A DNA stretch of 64,000 nucleotides from Haliotis rufescens (GCF_023055435.1 NW_025964334.1:46376001-46440000); one strand, 5' to 3'. Shown: positions 25,483 to 39,394, counted from the stretch's first letter. The notes: generated from the letters alone by a model not told the origin. Translations and numbers: made by a program.

Positions 25483-27161
25483 AATGTCATGTGAAGAGAC
25501 GTCATCAAGACAAAGTATGCCCTGCACAGAGACTCCAGGAAATAGTGTTGGCATCATATAAACCAAGACTTCTTGAAGCAATTGAAATCATATGGCGATA
25601 TGCAATCCACCTGACAGGCACAAACAATGGAACTATGCAAGGATGACATGACTGGTAAATGTAAAATCTACTGAAAGCATAATCAATTAGATGAGGTACC
25701 GGTATGTTTAGATATGAAGAAAATGGATATAAACCTTTCATAAGTTCAAGAAAAGCTGTGTTATGAAGATCACATTTTATTTGTGAACAACACTATAAGA
25801 GGAATATTTTGAATGGCTGCTCAGCAGCCAAGATGTGAGACAAGCCCCTGAGATGTACGAGAACACAATCTATCAGCTTCTATCAACCAGGAAGCTAAAG
25901 AAATACCATTCAACTTTGGTTTCCAAACCGAGACACAGTACTTCTTTTAACACTTCAAAATGAATGTGTTCTCAAAATACAATGGCACATGTTTACACAA
26001 AATTAATATCCAAATAGTTTGATCTGAATTAGTATGTAAGAAGAATGTTTTGGCACCTTGTCTGGTATATACTGAGGATGTTTCCTATATAGGCACATTG
26101 ATAATAGTTACTAGTGCCGTTATGTAACTACACAGTGAACTGTTGCAGTAGGTAACTTGAGATGTCATGAATCTGCTCCACATAGCAGTTAACTTTGGTC
26201 CTGGTGACGGATCTAAGGCAGGTATCACTTTTACGCAACAGTTAAGTTGATTCAATGCAATCTCATTGCACTCAGTTCTTTCACAGCTTTCTAAATGATA
26301 TGACTCCACTTCCGTACCACTTGATTCAGTCATTTCTCCACTCAGAGAGGTATTTTATTGGAGTAAGAGATTTGATCTTAATGAGATTGATCCCATATGT
26401 ATACACATATATTCCTTAGAATGAATCACCCAGAAAAGAACATCATGTAGTGTGGGTTGATGGATTTCAAGGTACATGTAATGAACATTATATATGGAAA
26501 TGAAACATCACCAGTGCTTCTTAGCTACAACCAAACAGTCGTTGTCATGGAGATAGGTTTGGAACGGCTCAACAGCATCACAAGACACTAATAAAATAGT
26601 TATAGAATGGTGTTTGGTGTTCACTGTATATGATCAAAACTACGTAGTTAACACTTGTTTTATTTTTAAAGTTAATAAATTTGAACTACATCCATCCAAT
26701 AACTAGATTAGGGTATGACACCACCTCCCCCCCCCCCCCCCCCCGATAGTGTGCAATGATGAAATAATGCCCTATGGACAATAAATATATTCAAAATAGA
26801 TACTAATTTCATGATGATACTACCAACTGCATGCTTAGTACCTAAGATCAATGAAGATTCAAACTACCGCATAGTGAGATTTTTCTTGTCTATCATAAGA
26901 CAAGTGAGTATTACACCACTCTTGCCGAATGAAATGTTTGAAAATAACAGTACCCGGAAAGAAGTTGAATCAATACCCGATGCAGATATATGATTTGCTT
27001 AATGAATCTTAACAGGTTTTGAATGGATAGTCAATGCAGGTATGATTTGCTTAATGAATCTTGTCCTTCCTGTTATAGCACGATGTGGTGTATTGTTGTT
27101 CCGACTTCAGTGGCATTTTATCAGAGATATGGCTAGCCACACACACGACTTCTTGACCAGT

Positions 27162-30100
27162 CTATTTGTCCTTCTTGGCTTCAATAACACCATTGGCTGT
27201 TACAACGCTACCGTTCCTCTTGTGACCTCGTGTTGTACCATTCGCAACTTTGCCGTTGGAGACTTGTGCCTTTGAATCCCCTCCCTGCAGCAGAGGCAAT
27301 ATGTGATGTAGACATGTGACTCGGTAAGCCATGTACACAATTTGAAATAACATGTTTGAACAGGCAAAAATTTAATGTGATTAGGACACAAATAATCTTT
27401 GAAGAAATGCTATACTTTCATTGTGACAAATGCTATATCAGTCTGGATTAATTTAGCTGTTTTGAAGGAAAAATGCTATTGGTCCTTCAAGTTCCAACAA
27501 GTTTAAAACTAAAAATTGTACAAGAGAATGAAAACATACACTCCCATTAAAAGTATCTTAAATATTTTGTTCCCCATTTTCTCTCTGGGTCGTCTGTTAC
27601 CCCTTTCACCCCATCTCTTGTACATATTGACAGATCCACTATGAATGGTTACGAACATGAGCTTTGAAAGCTTTCATCTTTTATATCCTGGTTGCATCAG
27701 CATAAAGTGCCCACCCATCATAAAGTATAATGCCCACCCATCATAGAGCATAATGACTACCCATCATAGAGCATAATTACCACCCATCATAAAGTATAAT
27801 GCCCACCCATCATAGAGCATAATTACCACCCATCATAAAGTATAATGCCCACCCATCATAGAGCATAATGACTACCCATCATAGAGCATAATTACCACCC
27901 ATCATAGAGTATAATGCCCACCCATTATAAAACATAATGCCCACCCATCATAGAGCATAATTACCACCCATTATAGAGCATAATTACCACCCATCATAGA
28001 GTATAATGCCCACCCATTATAGAGCATAATTACCACCCATCATAGAGTATAATGCCCACCCATTATAGAGCATAATTACCACCAATCATAGAGTATAATG
28101 CCCACCCATTATAGAGCATAATTACCACCCATCATAGAGTATAATGCCCACCCATTATAAAACATAATGCCCACCCATCATAGAGCATAATGCCCACCCA
28201 TTATAGAGCATAATTACCACCCATCATAGAGTATAATGCCCACCCATTATAGAGCATAATTACCACCCATCATAGAGTATAATGCCCACCCATCATAGAG
28301 CATAACGACTACCCATCATAAAACATAATGCCCACCATCATTAAAGCATAATGCCAATCCATAGAATAGTATAATGCCCACCCATTATTGAGCATAATTA
28401 CCACCCATCATAGAGCATAATGCCCACCCATCATAGAGCATAACGACTACCCATCATAGAGCATAATACCCACCCATAAAGCATAATGCCCACCCATCAT
28501 AGAGCATAGTACCCACCCATAAAGCATAATACCCACCCATAAAGCATAATGCCCACCCATCATAGAGCATAATGACCACCCATCATAGAGCATAATACCC
28601 ACCCATAAAGCATAATGCCCACCCATCATAGAGCATAATGACCACCCATAAAGCATAATGCCCACCCATCAAAAAGAATAATGCCCACCCATCATACAGC
28701 ATGACACCCAACTATAATAAAGCATAATGCCTACCCATGGTAAAGCATAACACCCAAACACTGCCATCCAAATACATTTTGTATTTCTTATGACTGAACT
28801 GAAAGTAACGAGCCCACTACCTACCTGCTTCAGTCCTATAATGAGAAGTTCTGGCCAACTATGTGTGCAACATACTGAAACTATGTGATGATGGTGATTA
28901 CACCATGAGGATACTACCCTGCTGAGCCACACAAACCTCCACCCCTGTAGCCACTATTCGCTAGCAGTGGACAATGGTACGCTGATCGTCACTATGAATA
29001 CTGCTTAGAACAACCGCCGTGACGACACCAAGTCGACCGTTGTGGGTGCAAGTCTGGGCTCATGGTTTTACCTTGGTCTTGGCTGATCGAGATTTCAAGT
29101 AGGTGTGGAAGTAGAAGTTGAGAAACAGAAGAAGAATGGTGAACGCGTAAATTATCAACGCCCAGTGTAGAGCTTCCGGGAAGTCGCAACCATTCGTCAG
29201 CGACTGAACAGCATGCACGATTCCGGTCACAAACTGAATCTAAAACGGCAGAGAAAACAAAAAGTGTAAAAACTAATTTACCTTTGATTTAGACGTGGGC
29301 TTTTTCTTGAGGTATGCTTGGATGTAAAAGTTGATAAATAGGGTGATAATTGTTATTCCATAGACTAGGCCCGCATACTGCATCCAATTGGGAAAGTCGC
29401 ACTCTATTAACAATCCTTGGATTCCGTACACCATTCCGATAAAGAATTGGAGCTACAAGCAGAAGAGAAATACGCATGCATAAAGGACGTGCCGTAGCAC
29501 CAAGCTTGCTTCAGGTCTTGCAGTCAGTTAGGTTTCATTCACCATAATTTACTGTTATCAGGAAGATCGTGAACTTGGAACCAAGCCTCCAAGTATTACT
29601 GTAAGTATGTTAGTGTCAGGCGTGAAGATAGTATGATATGACAAAGGGGATGAAATAGTCCATATAAAATGTACCGGGTATATAATTCAAGAGTTTTCCG
29701 AGTGTAACATCTATCGGTACATGCTATGACATATTTAAGAAATTCATAATTTTGTGTATTTGGCTTTCGTTTTGGTAATTATTTCTTTTCTTATGTTTCA
29801 TACACAAACTGCCATTGTCATATCATGAGGTTGACTCAGGAATCTATGACTGAGAGTCTCAGTGAGGAGGTGAGATTACAGTCATGCCTACACAAGGTAG
29901 TCACGCGGAACATAAAGCAAGAGGTAGCTACAATATCTATATACCTTCTCACTTCATTATGAAACATATACAAAGTTATTCATTGTACACACAAACATTC
30001 ATGCTTAGCACAAGTGTAGGTGCAAAAACACAAAGATGATCCAAAAGAAAGTATTTCAGAAAGCATTCTCAAACAGATTTAAACTCATTCAGACAAAACA

Positions 30101-33100
30101 CATTTCAAAATGGGAATGTTTCCAGTAGGAAAGTCATTTCGTTTACTTGTCATTAACATGTAGATTGTCTGGTTTTAATGAGGATGGTAGGTCATGATAC
30201 TATTGTGAGAAGCATTTGACTCTTGTTAAACAAAGCATTAGTGTATTAGTCTGAGCAGCCTTGCATCAAGCAACATTTCTGGAGGGCCTGTTAGAAAAAG
30301 CATTAGTCTATAAGGAAGAAGAGTACCTAGCTCAGTCAAACATGAGCATTTGTTGATTACAATGAGAAGAGGCCAGGCAGAAGAATGCAGGGGTAAGTGA
30401 GGATATCATTACACAAAACACACAGAGTTATATAGTTGTACGTATTGTTTTCTGGTTAAACTGCTAATAATAAGCATGGTACTCAAAACAGTCGGATACA
30501 TCAGTTGGGAAAGTTTCCTTGCGATGCCCAAGTTATGATTTGGATGTTAAAAAGTTATGGATTGGTCTGTATCGTATTTGTCTGAACACCCCACCAACCC
30601 CATTGTCTTAGGTACTTGTACTAGTTGCCCCCTCCCTCCCCTCCTAAATACATGTAACAGTTTTTCATGATCACTGCACAACAAATCAACAAATAGAACT
30701 GTGTGTCTTTTTTCATCCCTCCCTACACCCGCCACACACAGCAATTAGTCACCATGACAATCTCTCATTTTCAGTAGTGACTGGGGCGATTGAATCACCT
30801 GGGCATCTACAGATGTTTTCAAAATCTGTTCATGTTTTTAATCAAGGTGCTCAAATGATTTGATGCACTACACAGGGCAAGACCTGTTTTATTAAAATAT
30901 AGATCTTGATTATCGATCAGATAGTCTTGACTGGGCACCGCCATTTTGTTTGAAGCAAATGCAAGTGACACGAGAGATGGAATCTGAGAAGGAACATACA
31001 CGGGGCATAACTTGTAATAGCCACTAGTGGCGCTACGATCGAGCCACGAAATTCCAGCCTAGTTCGGCAAAGGTGGAACTGGACTATTATCATCAGTTAA
31101 CATCCTTGCCTCGGGGAGATGGCAGCAAGACTACCTGCTCATGCATGGGCTATAGAAGGTGGTGGAAATACAAGATGTGATAAATACAAGTAAAAGGAAA
31201 ATAAGGGATATATATAAAAGGAAACTATTGGATAACATGTAACTAGTGGAACACATATGTAGGATAAGACTGCAAGTAACTCAGTTCACAAATCCATTAA
31301 CACAGTAAAGATGTATCTGCGCACATGGTTTCTAAAGTAAACTTTGTTCTAGGCAAGCTTGTTTGCTGACAACATCAGGTTTGCATGCGTACTTCAATAT
31401 TCATTGCTAGCTCCATTCTTACGAGGAAACTAAGGGGAAACCATACCATGATGGTATGTCATCCTCACAAAAGTGACATTTGTGAAAATGAAGATTATTC
31501 GTCACTCCACAACCGATTCATAATTGACATAATGTGGAAGCAAAATGTTGCAATGACATACCATCACCCTGATTAATGAAGAAATGTTAAATGTTGTGAT
31601 ACAAAGATACGCTAATTTGAACTATTTCTCAAAACAAGAATATAAACAATTTGAAAAAGCAAATTAATCAAAGCCTACATGTTACAAAAAAGGATAAAAA
31701 AAGGATTAAACACAGGGTTAAAACATGAAGTAACAAAACATAACAAAATAGGTCAGGAAGAAAGTGATAGGAAAACCATGGAAACATTGAGATTATTTAG
31801 ATTATAACTATCACACTTCTAAGTGTATGCTGTGAAGCCCATTTCTGATGTCCCCTGCCATGATATTGCTGGAATATATGCCATGATAAGCGGAGTAAAA
31901 CCATACTCACTCACTCACTCACTATGCTCTTGAAGCAAGTCACACTATGAGGCAACTAAACTAGAAGCATCCTCGTCGCCCTGTATCATGAATGTAACAT
32001 TCTTGACAGATGAGTCGGCCGGGTAGTCAGGATCAGTGACTTGGCTGATTGTGTGTCACCCCACCCCAACATAATGGGATGTAACGCATAAAATCAATCA
32101 CTGGATTGTCTCGCCGAGACTTGATTATTTACAGACCGCCATCATATAGCTGGAATATTGCTGAGTGCGGTATTAAACAACAAACAAAAACTACACAAAC
32201 ATGTCAGTTGCTTATAGTTGAACTAGTACCTAGCTGAGACAGATCTCATTAACATCAGGTCTTGGATACTCGCTACGGCTACAAAAAAGAACTGAGGACA
32301 TCTCATTACAGATCACATCAGAATGACGTTTCGTCTGACCAATCGAGCTTTGCTTACAAGATCGCAAATGTTAATGTCCAAATGTGTTTTTTGATCATGC
32401 CATCTCGAAAAGTATAACATAGGGCATTTTGAACAACAGTTAATGGCTGTACGACTGATTCCGATATCATCTATCTCTTGCTTCAATGGAATAAACATTT
32501 GAAATGGAAGACTTTCCCTAACCCATAAGAAGTACTGCCATACCATTTCAGCCATCTATTAGACATTTTTTTCTTCAGTTTCAAATTTTGAATTCCCGCC
32601 ATTTTCAAACTAGTGCCATAAAGCTTGAGAAAGCTGCTTTCTGATTGGCAAATGCGTACTTCCTGTCATTTTGTTAGACAAAGTTTGTGGAAGGTCGTTC
32701 TGACATGACCTGTAATGTGATGTCCTCAGATTTTTGGTATTGCGGTAGCGAACATTAAGATTTGATTTAAATGAGACTAAGCTTAACTTGGACGGTCTAA
32801 CCTGCATACAAACAAACACTATGCAAGATTGGGGTACAACCACAAAAGAATACTCTAATCTGTTGGTGCCCAGAGCGTAATCGTTACTATGGAAAAAAAG
32901 CAACATCAAAATCTGATAATGAAATTCTGACAAAATAACAGCACTGGACATGCTAGAAACGATTTCATTGCTAATGCAACCACACTAAGTAAAGGATGAG
33001 TTAATTATTACCACATTTACAATATATGCCAAGTTAATAACTATCTAAGTTAATGCACAAGTTAATTTTGGTCAATTCTAACAAAATGGATCGAACATTC

Positions 33101-36100
33101 TCTGGATGGTAGTCTACCAAGAATGCACTTCTGGCCGTGCCCACTGGTTGTTTTCATGCAAGAAATATTTACATGTCACATGCAGTGTTGGTTCTGATCT
33201 CAAAATCTCAGCACACACATTGGCCACGCAGAACAAAGCCTGGACTCACAGGCTGATCTCACAATTCTTGTCCACAAACTTTGGGAAGAACATCAACTTC
33301 TTGGCACTTTTGGAACTGTAGCACGTAAAATTGTAATCAGTGCTTTCTATTGATAGCAAAGTGACCTTGACCTACAACAGGTTGCCTTGGCCTTCACCAG
33401 CATCAACATTCCTGTTTGGAGTGAGACAGAAATACACTGCACACCGAGTGGCAAAAAACAAGAGACTAAGAAAGCAGACACATGGCATGCCCCTATGTAC
33501 ATTCTAGTCAGCTGCTACTGCATTCACATGTCCAGCTGTCTTGGTTGACGAAAGTTCAGTTTGCACCCGAAATCTGACACATTATTTCATCAAATAATGA
33601 AAGATGTGTCAAGGTGCACCATCACGGCAGTCATGTGTCAGCCATCTCTGCCCTACACAGGTCAACAGCATGCAGAAAAGGTCAGAAATGGACTCACCAG
33701 CTGGAGTTTGGTCAGGTAGCGTTTCCACCACAGGTATTTTTGGTACTCTGGTCCGAGAGCCGACACACCATAATATGTGTACATCAAAACATGGATGAAT
33801 GAGTTGATCATGGCGCCGAAGAAGGCTGGAAGGTCAACATTTACAAGAAGGTCATTTCAAAGAACATTTGATTTGATTATTTTCCTTCTCAAAGATAGAA
33901 ACGCATATTTCATAGCCTTCAAACATATACATCTACTCCAAATTACTTTTCATTAAGGCTCTGTTCATTTATTACAAGAGTGGGGACAGGAATTTGTATT
34001 CTGTAGTTCATTGCAAAAACTAGGAATCTTCGCTTTATGTCGTTTTTAATTTTAGCCTCCCTCAAATTACATCTACTTTTTAATAACAAATCTTTGTTTT
34101 CTGCTTGTTTTGATACTTTAATTTGAGTATTATTTCATGACCTCCCCTGAGCATTTAGTATTTTTTACAAAATTATCTTCCTTCCCCAATCATCCACACA
34201 CAAAAAACGTAGTCTTATATCATTGTGACAGAAGTGTCATTTATATAAGATCTGCACTGTGTGTGTTCAGTAATCAGTCCAGCATTAGTTCTAGATGTCC
34301 TGTGACAAGCAGGTATACTCACACTGTCCACCAGCGACCCACTTGATGCCGACCCACCAGATGGGAAACATGGAGGCATGGTGGTACACGTGCAGGAAAC
34401 TCACTTGGTTGTCCTTCTTACGCATGATGAAGAATATAGTGTCCAGCATCTCCACACACTTGGAGAAGTAGAACCACCACAGTGCACTGGCTACCTGTAG
34501 GCCAATAACAGACATGTTACACAGGCGCTCACAGACAATACAGGGCAATAATAGGCACTTGCAGACAATACAGGGCAATAATAGGCACTTGCAGACAATA
34601 CAGGGCAATAGTAACAGACAATACAGGGCAATAGTAACAGGCACTCACAGACAATACAGGGCAATAATAGGCACTTGCAGACAATACAGGGCAATAATAG
34701 GCACTTGCAGACAATACAGGGCAATAGTAACAGGCACTCACAGACAATACAGGGCAATAGTAACAGGCACTCACAGACAATACAGGGCAATAATAGGCAC
34801 TTGCAGACAATACAGAGCAATAGTAACAGGCACTCACAGACAATACAGGGCAATAGTTACAGGCACTCACAGACAATACAGGGCAATAGTAACAGGCACT
34901 CACAGACAATACAGGCCAATAGTAACAGGCACTTACAGACAATACAGGGCAATAGTAACAGGCACTCACAGACAATACAGGGCAATAGTAACAGGCACTC
35001 ACAGACAATACAGGGCAATAGTAACAGGCACTCACAGACAATACAGGACAAAGATAACAGGCACTCACAGACAATACAGGGCAATATTAACAGGCACTCA
35101 CAGACAATACAGGGCAATAGTAACAGGCACTCACAGACAATACAGGGCAATAGTAACAGGCACTCACAGACAATACAGGGCAACAGTAACAGGCACTCAC
35201 AGACAATACAGGGCAACAGTAACAGGCACTCACAGACAATACAGGGCAATAGTAACAGGCACTCACAGACAATACAGGCCAATAGTAACAGGCACTCACA
35301 GACAATACAGGGCAATAGTAACGGGCACTCACAGACAACACAGAGCAATAGCAGACATGTCTTACGGCTAGTTGACAAACATGAGTGTGCCAAATTATGT
35401 CCAGCCCCTCAGTTGATCAAGAGACTAGTAGACAATTTTGCACCTGAGCTTATGCAGCATCTTTAAATTTGCCTTTGCTAAAACCTCTACATTGCCTGGG
35501 ATAAAATCAATATATTAACTTGCTCCTAAACAATACATAAACAATACACAAGTCAATGAGTGTAGTTTCTTATTACATCAGTGTACCCCTCACACATGTT
35601 TGTCTAATGTTCACAAATGCCTTACTAATTATTTTCACAATAGGTTGAAAAGTCCCAGTTTCTTACTAAACGCTTGGTTTATGACAGTTTTAGTTGTACT
35701 ATGTCAGTTGTACCAAGCAGCTATTGTCTTACCTTCATTTCACCATGCTCTCTGGTGTAGTTGACAGGCTGACAGGAATAACTATAATTTAACTTTGTTG
35801 AATACCATAGAAGCTGAAACAGGAAACAAATTGCCTTGCAGTCATCCACATCATTTTTAAAAAAGACACCAACGACATTATTGCACAAACCATTTCAAGG
35901 CACTTTTATTTCTAAAAACAGTGGATGTTGTTATCTTTAGTTTGGCCTAGACTAAGAATATTGTTTAAACCATTCTTAATACATACATCGTATTTCTACA
36001 GAAATAAGAGACAAACTATTACTATGGTCCATTGCACTTGTGAATGTGATATTTGCTTTATGTGTGAGCAAAGACTACTTCAAGATTAAATCTCTCAAAA

Positions 36101-37916
36101 CCATAAATTATTATCATAAACTTACCTGGGAACATATATGGAAGTTCATTACAATTAAACCAAAATTGTAGAAAAATAATGTCCATTTGAATTTAAACGG
36201 CTCTCTGTCTTTCATTATTTTTGGCCCAACCCATACTGCAAACAAATACAATGCTGTGATGGCTAGTGTGGGTGTGTAACTCTGCATGAACAACCAGTCC
36301 TTGACTCGGTCATCTGAAACATACATATAGGTCATGTATCACACACAACATATTATCACAGAAAATTGACTCAAAGGAAATTCTTAAATAGGATACAATT
36401 TACAAATTTACGCCATATTGTCCCAATGTTATAGAGAAACCAAATAAATTCCAAAACAACTGGACTTTGTCAATCTAAAAGTTTACAACCATTCAAAAAA
36501 ATGTCTATCCATAAGACTTTGAGCTATTAATGGGGCATATGAGAAAAGAATGACTTTTTTCCTGAAAAGATTTGTCCATTAACTGGCACATTTAGGTAGA
36601 CTGTCTGTAGTTGTATGTGAATAACTTTACATTGTAATTAATCTTAGATAAATGCAGTCACATCAGAAACCATAGCTCTAAATACACTACAGATTAAATA
36701 ATCTTCGTATCGGAGAAGCAGGCCTCCTCAGAAGTAAATATACACGTCACTGTAACATACTACGCTGAAACCGGGGGCATGTTTAGGAGGGCGCACTCAG
36801 CAATATTCCAGCTATATGATGGCGGTCTGTAAATAATCGAGTCTGGACCAGACAATTCAGCGATTAATATCATGAGCAATGACCTACGCAATTGGGATAC
36901 GATGACATGCATCAACCATGTCAGCGAGCCTGACCAATCGATCCCCTTAGTTGCCTCTCAGGACAAGCATAGTCACCTCTTTTACGGCAAACATAGCTTG
37001 CTGAAGATCTATTCTCTATCCGGATCAAAATATTAAAAAGGCAATGAAGCTTTGAATGGAAGATCTAGTCTAAAAGATTATTCTTTAGACATCAGTTTCA
37101 TTCTGGTTCAAGGCAAACATAGCTTATCAAATATGCAACAAAAAATATAAATACACTATTGAAATAAAGCAAATGCATATACTACAACTATTGGATAAAA
37201 GGATTGCGTATCAACCGATCACGTAATTCACTAACCGACAGTTACACTAGGAAGAGATTGTACGACAACAAACTTGAATAGCGCCTTGTCAATGTATCTT
37301 AAACAGCTGCTGATTGATGACTAAAAATATAGTGCCTTTCTTACAATGCTAGGTTTTGCAAACAAAAATGTCTTGGAGGGGGAGCTGCAAGCAGGCGTAG
37401 ACGGATATACTACTATTCATTTAGATTTAAATAATTTACAGGAATTGTTACAAAAAAGCTTTTCAAATTAAAATACCCAAATGTCAAGAAACAGGTAGGC
37501 AAAAAAGTCTGAAAACCCTCTAAAACTTGTGGATACCCAATCAAAATCAAATCTTTGGGTAATATACCCAATAACTAAAAGCTTATCTGGAGCTCTGTGA
37601 CTCAAACAAATTCATGCTCAATAAAAATAACAGAAATTGAGCTTCACATTTAGAGATGCATTAAATTCAAAAGGTGTGGCTGAAAAGTGACCTGGTGAAA
37701 GCAGAAATGCACTGTATTACAATAATTGAATATGTCTGCTTGCCAACAACTGCGCTATTCCTGGTGGGCCTGCTCAGTAAGTGCATGTTGTGAAATGTAA
37801 ACACTATGTCTCAATAGTCACATTGTCGACACACTAACAAAACACCCACCTGCTTGTGTCAGTGCCCATGCATAGAACTTTTGAAAATGTTCAACTTTAT
37901 CTGTAATCAGCTCCAT
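27162..37916 (-). CDS. ELOVL4: Very-long-chain fatty acid elongase, ELOVL4-like (gene A), 308/309 aa
   Basis: Coding exons (minus): 37916-37850, 36313-36126, 35813-35733, 34494-34323, 33825-33698, [29452-29282 or 29239-29072], 27284-27162. Motifs [41 protein letters not shown] and C-terminal KKDK ER-retrieval signal. Orthology to ELOVL4 is inferred from motifs and exon sizes (188/81/172/128), not from a tree. Confidence 0.92.
27700..28750. repeat. ~23-bp minisatellite (~45 copies) in the last intron of ELOVL gene A
   Basis: Unit catagagcataatgcccacccat with variants. Confidence 0.92.
29072..29239 (-). CDS. ELOVL gene A alternative exon 6b (168 nt, phase 0-0)
   Basis: Acceptor ttttctctgccgttttag; [56 protein letters not shown]; donor AAG|gtaaaa. 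Confidence 0.88.
29282..29452 (-). CDS. ELOVL gene A alternative exon 6a (171 nt, phase 0-0)
   Basis: Acceptor tttctcttctgcttgtag; [57 protein letters not shown]; donor AAG|gtaaat. Confidence 0.88.
30790..31120 (+). repeat. Interspersed repeat; a second copy at ~43685-44285 is interrupted by a SINE
   Basis: catgtttttaatcaaggtgct...gcaaatgcaagtga...gctacgatcgagccacgaaattccagc...ccttgcctc aligns with 43700-43860 plus 44121-44285. Confidence 0.75.
31825..32190 (+). mobile_element. Two adjacent SINE 3' fragments
   Basis: 31825-31925 matches the 53235-53372 family (tgtgaagcccatttct...actcactcactc). 32010-32190 matches the 40448-40706 family (caatcactggattgtct...tagctggaatattgctgagtgcgg). Confidence 0.7.
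32244..32779. mobile_element. ~530-bp MITE with long imperfect TIRs; inverted second copy at 45876-46380
   Basis: tctcattaacatcaggtctt...ctcgctac versus gtagcgaacattaagatttgatttaaatgaga. Internal agtactgccatac...ccatctattagac occurs reverse-complemented in copy 2. Confidence 0.7.
34505..35358. repeat. 30/33-bp minisatellite (~25 copies) abutting the acceptor of ELOVL gene A exon 4
   Basis: Unit acagacaatacagggcaatagtaacaggcactc. It accounts for the long repetitive ORFs at 34491-35466. Confidence 0.94.
36790..37025 (-). mobile_element. SINE-like interspersed repeat (family of 40448-40706)
   Basis: Reverse complement of the gaagatc...tagaatag...ctggtccagactcgattatttacaga...gctggaatattgctgagtgcg element. 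Confidence 0.8.
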
Positions 37917-39394
37917 CTTGCTCAACCTGTAACCAAAACACAACAACAGAGTAAGTAATACACTCAAAGGCAATCGCACATGTCATATATTAAAAAGTTC
38001 ACAAGAGTCCAAAAATCTTTTACAAGTGTCATTACTGTAGAGAGAAGCTCAAATATTTTGTGCAGCAATCTGCAATATTTCATCTACATAAATAAAACAC
38101 AAATCCAACTGCTGAAAAAAAGAAGAATAATTCTAAAAGTAAATTTGATTAATATGTAATTGGCTTTAAAATAAATTCCATACTTGATAACACAAAACTG
38201 AATTATATCAGCATTCAGTTCCTTGTCGTGTACGATATTGATCAAGTAGACCACCTAACTCCAATCATGTTGGCTACTACCAAATCACATGTCAAGGCCT
38301 GCCAACTCCTTGCTCACGTTCAACCTTTGAACTGTTTTAAGCTTGTGTTTTGGGGCAGTATTTTAGCAACAGGCATGACACTCCACATCAAAGCAAAAGA
38401 GGTCATGATTCCAGATCCTGTTCAGGCTTGAAGACAGATGGCACGGCCTGGTATGCATGTATACACCAGGGGATGAATGACTACCCTGTTGCTAGGGGCA
38501 ACCAGGTTTCAGGTACCGTAAGGATCAGAGAAAGAATGCATGGTTGAGTGGTCAATAACACAAGGAAGCATATACTCTCTCCCTGTTGCCCTAACATCCA
38601 CACAATGAACATTGATTGAGTAGTTTCAGCATCTATCAATATTGGTGTAGATCGTGCTCCCTTCAAATCTTAGCCACATAATATTAAACTGTTTACTTAG
38701 AAACAGGTGATTAGAAATCTGACGTTGTAATTCATACAGTTTGTGAAACTGAGACATTGTTTTGCAAATAAATACACAATTATTAACTGCTACATTGATT
38801 TATATCATAACATTTTAGACAAGTGGTATTAGAAAGACACAAACATGTGACTGCCAAAGTGCCTGAGCCCTTTAGAAACATTCTAATGACTCAAATTATA
38901 TATAGAATGTTTGTTGGAATATGGCCACAGCACATGTAGAATAAGGCAGGAATATATAGTTAAATGTTGATAACCCTTAGTACACATTTTAGACCGCTCT
39001 CTCCTCTACCAGGTTGTGATAAAAAATAACATGCGATCTGTTTTCAACTACAAGCAATAACAGATTACAGTGGCCCATCAATATTTGGTATTGAACGGTC
39101 CATAATTTATTCAAATGGCCTATTATGGCCCTGGTAATAAAATAATTCATAATGTAGACCAGATAACTCTACTCTGACAGCTTTGAAGCAAATGAACATT
39201 TTGAGGAAACAATCACAACAGGAAATTCACCAATCATAACCACAAGAAGACTGCACACTTTCATCATAAGTTGGCATGATATCATCACCAAGCTAAAGCT
39301 GTCATGGAATCACCAGACCCACATACTTTTAAAAAGTGCAGTATAGGGAATCCCAGGTTTTGACTGCAATAATCTGTGCTTTTGTGATTACACG

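Noticed and set aside
26727-26744. Poly-C tract as a G-quadruplex or regulatory element
   Set aside because: Simple homopolymer with no supporting context, and its length is unreliable in assemblies.
28992-29477. ORF-track entries 28992-29189 and 29289-29477
   Set aside because: These are wrong-frame readings overlapping the two real ELOVL alternative exons.
33250-33316. Possible further ELOVL-A exon (ctacag...gtgagt on the minus strand)
   Set aside because: It has an in-frame TGA in phase 0 and no similarity to elongase sequence.
34491-35466. Long ORFs of 120-285 aa on both strands (Cys-rich or [11 protein letters not shown] repeats)
   Set aside because: They are translations of a 30/33-bp intronic minisatellite whose unit length is a multiple of 3. 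Several frames are open and there is no independent coding signal.
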